From Bacteroidales bacterium (GTDB lineage: Bacteria > Bacteroidota > Bacteroidia > Bacteroidales > DTGW01), in contig DAOSPF010000011.1 of assembly GCA_035374585.1 (NCBI GenBank), forward strand, positions 28 through 64,027: DNA of 64,000 nucleotides, read 5' to 3'. Positions 49,001-55,908 of the stretch are shown here, piece after piece. Each line of letters begins with the position of its first letter. Position 1 is the stretch's first letter. The notes under the pieces were generated by a model. The model did not search any database and had not been told where the DNA came from. It was given only the letters and a program-made list of their open reading frames with translations. A program made the position numbers and the translations under genes.

Positions 49001-49482
49001 TCTGCAATATGACATTCTCTATTATCATGACAGGAATGGGTGTTGTTGCATTGGCCGGTATTGTTGTCCGAAACGGCATATTGCTAGTTGAATTTACTGA
49101 TGTACTTAAGGAAAGAGGATTGCGTACACGCGAAGCCATTATACAGGCAGGTAAAACACGTATCACTCCGGTTATCCTCACCGCTACTGCAGCTATATTG
49201 GGGCTGATACCTTTAGCTATTGGTTTCAATATCAACTTTGCAACACTATTCACGCACCTCAACCCCCATATTCATTTTGGAGGTGACAACTCAATGTTTT
49301 TTGGCCCGTTGGCGTGGACAATTATCTTTGGCCTGATTTTCGCAACATTCCTCACCCTTGTGCTTATCCCGGTAATGTATTTCATTACCTATTCAGGAAA
49401 AGTAAAGCTTGCCCGTGCCCGTCACAGAAGCAAGATAGAAACCATGCGTGAACTGGAAGAAGATGAACTGAATGAATATTAA
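46042..49482 (+). CDS. efflux RND transporter permease (AcrB/AcrD/AcrF family)
   Basis: 1146 aa with 12-TM RND topology and VVDDAIVVIEN-type motifs. Confidence 0.95.
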   Translation: MEKLKFKEFKPTSWSIDNKTSIYVLTFIIAVFGLINYNTIPKEQFPEIVIPQIIVSTVYPGTSPADIENLITRPLEKNMKSINGVKKITSKSVQDYSLIIAEFNTDVKVADAKQKVKDAVDKTKKDLPSNLLEDPFVQEIDLSDIPIMYLNISGNYDLAKLKKFAEDLQDRIESFPEITRVDIVGALDREIQINVDMYKMQAAKITFYQITQAIGNENMTIPGGTINMQNMTRSIRVVGEYKNIDQIKNTVLISNSGAIVYLKDIAEIKDGFKDQESYSRFNGKNVITLNVIKKSGKNLLDASDKIEAAIAEFKENKFPSDLEVSITGNQAKFTRSILTELNNTIIIGFILVTIVLMFFMGVTNAIFVGLSVPLSMALAYIFMPWIDFTMNMLVMFSFIFALGIVVDDAIVVIENTHRIFKKENGRMTIKEAAKNAAGEVFLPVLSGTLTTLAPFFPLAFWPGVVGSFMFYIPVTIIITLFASLLVAYIINPVFAVDFMKHDEDHTVKLHQKKAYKNGAIIIAIAAFFYIVGGFKYGSTMFGIGTFLVLVAILYVGHNTFWYKIIHKFQNRVIPGLMSRYDRILRWAIEGKRPYKLLWGTFILLIVSFILTAIAGPKVVFFPEETPKTIMVYAKLPVGTRVEYTDSIAKEIEKRVNTVLGATNPDVESIVTNVAFGASDDMFDGGIVTSNKAKIAINFVEYNKRTVNYNTMVYMNPLREAMKDIAGAEITVDKNQDGPPTGKPINIEISAEDLDELITTTDRFIRFLDSINIPGIEKYKTDFQKTKPEIIVDIDRLRANHEGISSAQVGSAINTAVLGTETSKFRDGEDQYPIQLRFSKAQREDVDKLINMEITYRDMNSGMLRSIPLSSLAIVKYQNSVGGINRTDLKRVITVTSNVLDGYNANEIVAKIRKAIPEFQKSDKIDIKLTGEQEDQAETMAFLSKAMILALFLILFILITQFNSFGKTAIILSEVIFSIIGVLLGFTICNMTFSIIMTGMGVVALAGIVVRNGILLVEFTDVLKERGLRTREAIIQAGKTRITPVILTATAAILGLIPLAIGFNINFATLFTHLNPHIHFGGDNSMFFGPLAWTIIFGLIFATFLTLVLIPVMYFITYSGKVKLARARHRSKIETMRELEEDELNEY

Positions 49483-49507
49483 AGCTCAATATCTATAGTA
49501 CAGAAAT

Positions 49508-49598
49508 GGCCCCTCCTAACCTCCCCTTATAAAGGCAAGGGCCCTAACCTAAGTTCAGGGCAGGAATCCCCTCCTTTATAAGGAGGGGAAGGGGTGGT
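49508..49598. repeat. two tandem degenerate copies of the same G/C-tract palindromic element
   Basis: GGCCCCTCCTAACCTCCCCTTATAAAGGCAAGGGCC followed by the near-perfect hairpin CCCCTCCTTTATAAGGAGGGG, then AAGGGGTGG. Confidence 0.7.
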
Positions 49599-49605
49599 AA
49601 AAAAC

Positions 49606-49646
49606 AAAACCTTTCAGGAATTAAAAAACTGGAAGGTTTTATTTTT
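49606..49646 (+). terminator. intrinsic terminator after the RND operon
   Basis: AAAACCTTTCAG ... CTGGAAGGTTTT stem (one mismatch) followed by ATTTTT. Confidence 0.7.
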
Positions 49647-49693
49647 ACAAAAATCTGTACTTTTACACATCAACAATTCATAAAATAAACGTC

Positions 49694-50866
49694 ATGCAAT
49701 ACCAGGTTATTGAGGTCAATGATAAAAAGACTGCGCGCGAGTTCCTTCTTTTTCAGGTAAAACTTTACAAAAACGAGAAATATTATATCCGTCCTTTAGA
49801 TACAGATATCGAAAAAGTATTTGACCCCAAGCAAAACAAGCTGTTCAGACAGGGCGAATGCCAACGCTGGATATTGAAAGATGAAAAAGGCGAAACTGTA
49901 GGGCGTGTTGCTGCTTTTGTTGACCGCAAGAGTGCTGCCAAGAATGACCAACCGACAGGCGGCATGGGCTTTTTCGATTGCATCAACGACAAAACGGCCG
50001 CTTTTGCTTTATTTGACACCTGCAAAAAATGGTTAGAAACCCGTGGCATGGAAGCTATGGACGGCCCTGTCAACTTTGGCGAGCGTGACCGTTGGTGGGG
50101 CTGCCTCATTGAAGGCTTTACCTACCCCAACTATTGCAACAACTTCAACTTCCCCTATTACCGCGAGCTCTTTGAAGCTTACGGTTTTCAGGACTATTTC
50201 AGACAAATTACCTATCACTCGCCTATTGACGACAGCAACATGAGCCCTCTCATCCGTGAAAAAGCAAAACGTTTATCGTCTAACCCGGACTATCACTTTA
50301 AACATATCGAGAAAGGCAACAACGACAAGTATGCCCTTGACTTTATGACCATTTACAACAAAGCCTGGGCGAAATTTCCCGGAGTGAAGCCATTGGCTGA
50401 AGGCCATGTCAAAGCCATGTTTAAATCGTTAAAGCCTGTCATGGACGAGAAACTACTTTGGTTTGGTTATTATAAAAATGAGCCTATAGCCTGTTTTATA
50501 ATGATTCCCGAAATCAATGAAATAGTACGCCGCTTAAACGGAAGGTTTGACTTTATTGGCAAACTGAAATTCCTTTACTACAAATGGCGCAAGGTATGTT
50601 TCAAATCTTTTGGCTTTGTTTTTGGCGTTGTTCCAGAGCAACAGCGCAAAGGTGTAGAAGGGGCATTGATTACAGCGTATGCCAATATGGCCTGTAAGCC
50701 AGGCTTCCCTTATAGCGAACTTGAGCTCAACTGGATTGGCGATTTCAACCCGGCCATGATGCACCTTGTAGAAGAAATAGGCTGTAAACCTGTTAAAATA
50801 CATGTAACTTATCGCTACTTATTTGATCGGACCAAAGAATTTAAGCGCTGCACAAAGGTTAGCTGA
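49694..50866 (+). CDS. uncharacterised 390-aa cytoplasmic protein, possibly GNAT-fold acyltransferase-like
   Basis: Clean ORF with no signal peptide. QRKGVEGALI resembles a GNAT acetyl-CoA loop. Weak call. Confidence 0.45.
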   Translation: MQYQVIEVNDKKTAREFLLFQVKLYKNEKYYIRPLDTDIEKVFDPKQNKLFRQGECQRWILKDEKGETVGRVAAFVDRKSAAKNDQPTGGMGFFDCINDKTAAFALFDTCKKWLETRGMEAMDGPVNFGERDRWWGCLIEGFTYPNYCNNFNFPYYRELFEAYGFQDYFRQITYHSPIDDSNMSPLIREKAKRLSSNPDYHFKHIEKGNNDKYALDFMTIYNKAWAKFPGVKPLAEGHVKAMFKSLKPVMDEKLLWFGYYKNEPIACFIMIPEINEIVRRLNGRFDFIGKLKFLYYKWRKVCFKSFGFVFGVVPEQQRKGVEGALITAYANMACKPGFPYSELELNWIGDFNPAMMHLVEEIGCKPVKIHVTYRYLFDRTKEFKRCTKVS

Positions 50867-50976
50867 TAATACCCCGATCAATGTGCTATGAAACGCAAGA
50901 TTTTTAATTGGTGTGCAAAAAATGATTTTTATTTATCGAACCCTTACCAAAAAAAATGGCAGTGTAAAAAGCATCA

Positions 50977-51056
50977 TTGACCGCAAAGTCCACGAAGAAA
51001 AAATAAAAGTTGCAAAATTTTACGTGCAGATTATTAACACTTTGTGTGCGTTGCGA
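50977..51056. repeat. intergenic repeat family 2, copy 2 (TTGACCGCAAAG ... TTTTACG ... TTAACACTTTGTGTGCGTTGCG)
   Basis: Shared end motifs CAAAG/CTTTG and CGCAA/TTGCG form an imperfect long inverted repeat. Lies between convergent genes. Confidence 0.5.
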
Positions 51057-51138
51057 TAAAAAAATTAGCAACTTTTACTATTGGCTTTTTTTGATTTTTT
51101 ACACACCCAGTTTTGTTATGTTGTTTAAGTAGCATAAC

Positions 51139-52128
51139 TTAAAACCCGGTAATACCAATTATTTCACGAACTCCTTTTAAAGTTTTTATAGCACTTTCGC
51201 GGGCTTTTTCCTGGCCCATTTTTGTAACCTTTCGTAAGTACGCATCATCAGAGAGGTACTGTTTGATACGCTCACGGATAGGGTCTATAGATAAATTAAT
51301 ATCTTTAGCCAATTGTTTTTTGAGGTCGCCATAACGTATTGTGCATTCGTGGTACTGCTCTTTAAAGTATTTTACCACATCAGGTTCTGAAACTACCTCT
51401 AAAATGGTGAAAATATTGCGGATTGGTTCGGGCATCTTCTGACCTTTGTGGGTTGGCCCGCTATCAGTAACCGCACGCATCACTTTCTTTTCAACAGTTT
51501 TGGCATCATCGGCAAGGTAAATGCCGTTGCCGTCAGATTTTCCCATTTTGCCGGTACCATCAAGACCGGGGATTTTAATCAAATCGCTGCCAAAATTAAA
51601 AGCAGTAGGAAGCGGGAAAAAATCGTTGCCATACATGTTATTAAAGCGAGAGGCAAAATTACGGGTCATTTCAAGATGTTGTTCCTGATCTTTGCCCACA
51701 GGCACTTTATTTGCACGATGGATAAGGATGTCAGCAGCCATCAATACAGGGTATGTCAGTAACCCGGCATTGACATTATCAGGGTTTTGGCGTACTTTAT
51801 CTTTGAAAGACGTGGTACGCTCCAATTCGCCTTTATAAGCAAGCATATTGAGGATAAGGTACAGTTCGGCTATTTCAGGGATGTCACTTTGGACATATAT
51901 GGTTGCCACTTCAGGGTCGATGCCTGCTGCAAGGTATTCGCAAAGGATTTGTTTTACATTGGCCTTCCAGTCGCCTGGCTTGGGATGTGTGGTTAATGAA
52001 TGCAAGTCAGCAATAAAGAAATAGCAGTTGTAATTGTGCTGCATCTTAACAAAATTGCGCACTGCGCCATAATAATTCCCCAAATGAAGGTTGCCTGTTG
52101 AGCGGATACCACTTAATACAATTTCCAT
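51139..52128 (-). CDS. trpS: tryptophan--tRNA ligase
   Basis: HIGH-like TGNLHLGN and KMGKS motifs. The ATG at 52128 (MEIVLSGIRSTG) is preferred over the longer ORF. Confidence 0.95.
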   Translation of the reverse strand: MEIVLSGIRSTGNLHLGNYYGAVRNFVKMQHNYNCYFFIADLHSLTTHPKPGDWKANVKQILCEYLAAGIDPEVATIYVQSDIPEIAELYLILNMLAYKGELERTTSFKDKVRQNPDNVNAGLLTYPVLMAADILIHRANKVPVGKDQEQHLEMTRNFASRFNNMYGNDFFPLPTAFNFGSDLIKIPGLDGTGKMGKSDGNGIYLADDAKTVEKKVMRAVTDSGPTHKGQKMPEPIRNIFTILEVVSEPDVVKYFKEQYHECTIRYGDLKKQLAKDINLSIDPIRERIKQYLSDDAYLRKVTKMGQEKARESAIKTLKGVREIIGITGF

Positions 52129-52236
52129 AGTTTTCAAAATAAAATGCAGCAAAGCTAAAAATTTCTGCGTCAACTTACAGGCAGAAAATCATACATTGGA
52201 AAAATTTGGGTAACTTAGCGCAATTTTATTTTGAAT

Positions 52237-52590
52237 ATGACATCTTCTGAACAAACACCACGACGACTAAAGGTTGCACGGTTGGTCCAAAAAGAAATTG
52301 GCAATCATCTTCAACGCGAAGCCTTTACTTTGTGCAAAGGCCGAATGGTATCTGTTACCAATGTGCGTATGACGCCAGACCTTGCTATTGCAAGGGTTTA
52401 TCTTAGTATATTCCCGTCTGACAATGCAGATGAGGTACTCAATAATATTAAATTGCATATAAAAAGTATCCGTCATTTTTTGGGGAACCAGGTACATCAG
52501 CAATTGCGTATTGTACCTGATCTGGAGTTTTTCATCGATGATAGCCTCGACTATGTAGCCAAAATTGACAACTTGCTGAAAAAAAGTTAA
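52237..52590 (+). CDS. rbfA: ribosome-binding factor A
   Basis: RRLKVARLVQKEIGN...VSVTNVRMTPDLAIARVYLS pattern. Confidence 0.9.
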   Translation: MTSSEQTPRRLKVARLVQKEIGNHLQREAFTLCKGRMVSVTNVRMTPDLAIARVYLSIFPSDNADEVLNNIKLHIKSIRHFLGNQVHQQLRIVPDLEFFIDDSLDYVAKIDNLLKKS

Positions 52591-52615
52591 ACTTATTCTG
52601 AAAAAAGTAATACGG

Positions 52616-53425
52616 ATGAAATACGAACCAATAAAAGCCAGTCTGGGTAAAGTCTTTAACAATATACCTGTTTTACGCATTATATTTTACAAAATGCTTG
52701 ATTTATTGTTGCTTCGCGCCTGGCATATCAAAAAAGAGCTCCGCAAAATAAAAAAGCAAACAGGCCCAAATGCTTCGGTATTAGATGCTGGTGCAGGCTT
52801 TGGTCAATATACCTATTACATGTCCACTTTTTCAAAGGGGTGGAGCATCACAGGGGTTGACATTATTGATGCCCAGATTGAAGATTGCAACCGTTTTTTT
52901 GCAAAGATTAATAAATCTCAGCAGGTAAAGTTTGAAAAAGCTGATTTGACTGCTTTTTTAAGGCCTGAAAGTTTTGACCTCATCACTTCTGTTGATGTGA
53001 TGGAACATATAGAAGATGACAGGGCCGTATTTTCAAATTTTTACAAGTCTTTAAAAAAAGGCGGGTGTGTGCTTATCTCTACTCCTTCAGACAAGGGAGG
53101 GTCAGATGCTCATGATAACGACGACCATTCTTTTATTGCCGAACACGTCCGCAATGGCTACAATATTGATGAAATAGCCGAAAAACTTACCACGGCCGGG
53201 TTTTCAAAAGTTGAATGCCTTTATCAGTATGGCACCCCGGGTAAAATTTCGTGGACGCTGTCAATGAAGTTTCCTATTATCATGCTCAACAAAACCAAAT
53301 TATTGTTTATCCTTTTGCCTTTCTACTATATCGTAACGTTTCCATTTTGTTTCATCCTAAATTATTTTGATTTGCAGATGAAACATGCCGAAGGTACGGG
53401 TCTTATTGTAAAAGCCTGGAAATAA
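52616..53425 (+). CDS. class I SAM-dependent methyltransferase with a hydrophobic C-terminal tail
   Basis: Motif I VLDAGAGFGQYT, motif II-like DLITSVDVMEH, C-terminal TM-like LLFILLPFYYIVTFPFCFIL. Confidence 0.8.
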   Translation: MKYEPIKASLGKVFNNIPVLRIIFYKMLDLLLLRAWHIKKELRKIKKQTGPNASVLDAGAGFGQYTYYMSTFSKGWSITGVDIIDAQIEDCNRFFAKINKSQQVKFEKADLTAFLRPESFDLITSVDVMEHIEDDRAVFSNFYKSLKKGGCVLISTPSDKGGSDAHDNDDHSFIAEHVRNGYNIDEIAEKLTTAGFSKVECLYQYGTPGKISWTLSMKFPIIMLNKTKLLFILLPFYYIVTFPFCFILNYFDLQMKHAEGTGLIVKAWK

Positions 53426-53428
53426 AAA

Positions 53429-54643
53429 ATGAGCTTCCCGTTTTTCATATCAAAGCGTTATTTTGTTTCGAAAAAGTCGCAGTCGGCCATCAACATCATT
53501 TCGTGGATTTCGCTTGGCGGTGTTGCTGTTGGTACTATGGCTTTGGTAGTGGTTTTGTCGGTATTCAATGGCTTTGATGACGTTATCCAATCGCTCTTCA
53601 ATTCTTTCGACCCTGATATCAAAATTACGTTGAAAGAAGGCAAAGTATTTGACCTTAAAGCTGATAACATAGCCAAAATTGAGCATTTACAAGAGGTTGA
53701 CAAAGTGACTTATGTACTCGAAGAGTCTGCCTTGCTCCAATATGGAGATAAACAATACATAGCTCAAATGAAGGGGGTTTCGGCCAACTATCCTGAGTCA
53801 AACCCTATAAAATCTAAAGTTTCTCATGGAGAATTTTTGTTATCAAAAAATAATGTACCATTTGCATTGATTGGAGCAGGAGTTGCCTATTACCTTGGTG
53901 TTGACCCAAATTTTGTAAAGCCTTTAAATATTTATATTCCCAGAAGGGATGCTGACATCAACGATGCTGAGAATGCATTTACCCATCAGTTAATTTCTAT
54001 ATCAGGCGAATTTTCTATCGAACAGGATATTGATGCGAAGTATTTTATTGTCCCTTACGATTTTGCTTCAAAAGCACTTGAGTACAGCAATAAAGTATCT
54101 GCCCTTGAAATTAAGCTCAAAGATTATTCGCTGGTCGAAAAAGCACAAGAGAAGATTAGCCAAATTGTGGGAACCGAATTTCACGTTAAAAACCGCTATC
54201 AGCAGCAGGAAATGTTTTACAAAATCATGAAAAGCGAAAAATGGGCCATTTTTTTCATTTTAACCTTTATACTCATTGTGGCCTCACTTAACATTATTGG
54301 CTCGCTTACTATGCTTATCATTGATAAAAAGCGCGACATACAAACTTTTGGTTACCTGGGGGCCAACTGGAAAGACATTCGTCGCATATTCCTTTTCAAC
54401 AGCTGGATTAATGTAATCATTGGTGCTGTCATAGGTTTGTTTATTGGCCTTGCAGTTTGTCTTGCCCAAATTTATTTTGGTTTTATTAAACTCCAGGGCA
54501 GTGGTTCTTTTGTCATTGAGAACTACCCTGTAAAAATTGTAGCTACCGATATTTTATTGGTCTTTTTTACTGTCATTGTAATAGGTTATATTACTTCTTT
54601 AATTCCAGTCAGGGCTATTTCGCGGAAATATTTTGAAGATTAG
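53429..54643 (+). CDS. FtsX-like ABC transporter permease (LolC/E-MacB family)
   Basis: N-terminal TM, MacB-type periplasmic domain, C-terminal FtsX 3-TM bundle. Confidence 0.85.
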   Translation: MSFPFFISKRYFVSKKSQSAINIISWISLGGVAVGTMALVVVLSVFNGFDDVIQSLFNSFDPDIKITLKEGKVFDLKADNIAKIEHLQEVDKVTYVLEESALLQYGDKQYIAQMKGVSANYPESNPIKSKVSHGEFLLSKNNVPFALIGAGVAYYLGVDPNFVKPLNIYIPRRDADINDAENAFTHQLISISGEFSIEQDIDAKYFIVPYDFASKALEYSNKVSALEIKLKDYSLVEKAQEKISQIVGTEFHVKNRYQQQEMFYKIMKSEKWAIFFILTFILIVASLNIIGSLTMLIIDKKRDIQTFGYLGANWKDIRRIFLFNSWINVIIGAVIGLFIGLAVCLAQIYFGFIKLQGSGSFVIENYPVKIVATDILLVFFTVIVIGYITSLIPVRAISRKYFED

Positions 54644-54645
54644 CC

Positions 54646-55509
54646 TTATTTTCTTGATAATTGTTTGATAAAAATAGCAGAAGGCCTTGTCACTCCTATT
54701 ATAGCAAATACTATTAACACAATCCCGGTAATAATAGGCCAGGCAAAAGGCTCAGAAAAAATGAGCACCCCAAGGAAAAAGGCAAAAATGATACGCGACG
54801 ACGATAGCATTGAGCCTTTGGTTGCATCTACATATCTGTAACCGGCAGTCAGAAAAACTTGCCCAACATAACCAAGTAACCCAGAAACGCTCAACCATAA
54901 AAATTGCCACCAGGTGGGCATTACAAAGCTTGGAATAAGCAGTATAGCATTGATAAGGGCCCCTATTCCCATCAGGTAAAAAATGATGATGTGCGTTGAG
55001 TCGTATTTACGGGCAATGCGCAACGAAGCAATGGCAACAGCCCCGGTAGCACCCGATAGTAATCCATACAAATCGCCAATATTAATTGCATGAAAATCGG
55101 GATGTACAACCAACGCAATACCTATCATGGCAATAAGCAAAAATAAATACTGCTTTCCGGCAACCTTCTCTTTCAACAACCAAGGGGCAAGAAACAACAT
55201 AAACACCGGATATGTCATATTTAGCATGTTGGCGTTGGTGATGGTAGTGTATTTTACAGAAAGGAAAAACAATATCACGGCTATGGTATTGAAAAACACC
55301 CTTGCTCCAACAAGTTTCACGTTATTAGGCTTGAAAGACAATTGCTCATGCCTCATTCCCATCCACGTGATGATGAAACCCAGAAAAAAACGCATGAAAG
55401 TTGCTTCCAAGGCAGGGATATCCGTGTTGGTAGTGGCAAATTTTGCAAAAACAGTAGCCGCCGCAAAGAAAAACTCGGCCGAGATGAGGAGTATGTAGCC
55501 TTTTTTCAT
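54646..55509 (-). CDS. EamA/DMT superfamily transporter
   Basis: Ten hydrophobic segments arranged as two EamA-like halves. Confidence 0.85.
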   Translation of the reverse strand: MKKGYILLISAEFFFAAATVFAKFATTNTDIPALEATFMRFFLGFIITWMGMRHEQLSFKPNNVKLVGARVFFNTIAVILFFLSVKYTTITNANMLNMTYPVFMLFLAPWLLKEKVAGKQYLFLLIAMIGIALVVHPDFHAINIGDLYGLLSGATGAVAIASLRIARKYDSTHIIIFYLMGIGALINAILLIPSFVMPTWWQFLWLSVSGLLGYVGQVFLTAGYRYVDATKGSMLSSSRIIFAFFLGVLIFSEPFAWPIITGIVLIVFAIIGVTRPSAIFIKQLSRK

Positions 55510-55622
55510 CCGTAAATAATTCTATAAACAAGGTCGGATGAACCCCGAAGGGCTCTCCGAAGGAAAACTCGCATGATGAATTTTCATCCTTGTTTGTGTT
55601 TAACGAATCATGCTCGTTTCAT
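55510..55622 (-). repeat. leader cassette copy C (ATGAAACGAGCATGA...), upstream of the EamA transporter gene
   Basis: Minus strand reads ATGAAACGAGCATGATTCGTTAAACACAAAC...CCCTTCGGGG...CATCCGAC-N23-ATG AAA (gene start at 55509). Confidence 0.6.
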
Positions 55623-55908
55623 CATATTTATTTTTAATTTTTAAAAATGAAAGATAGTTTGCTCCCACCAATAAATATTGCTGTGTTTGCAATTGCGTAA
55701 TCATGGGTATTTAATTTCAAAAAATATGTTTTGTCCCGCCTTAAATTTTATATCTTTCAATTATCGGACCAAAGATAATAACTCCTCAAAATGTTAACAA
55801 TGCCTGTTCATTTTGTAAAAGCGTACCATTTTTTAACCATTGGCTAAGTATTTTTAAGTAAAAAAGTTGGAGTTTTGTTTTGCAAACTATCTCAAAAAAC
55901 TACATACA

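Noticed and set aside
48795-49262. 155-aa minus-strand ORF, with similar ones at 32510-32941, 60846-61280 and 31787-32155
   Set aside because: All lie antisense inside long genes with strong motifs (RND pump, rel, PiT). These are typical shadow ORFs.
50897-50989. 30-codon ORF starting ATGAAACGCAAG (MKRKIFNWCAKND...), possibly a fifth leader copy
   Set aside because: Similarity to the cassette stops after about 9 nt. It lies in a convergent spacer with no downstream gene, so I treat it as coincidence or extreme decay.
52267-52680. 137-aa minus-strand ORF over rbfA
   Set aside because: Antisense to a well-supported rbfA, and it spans the intergenic gap into the next gene.
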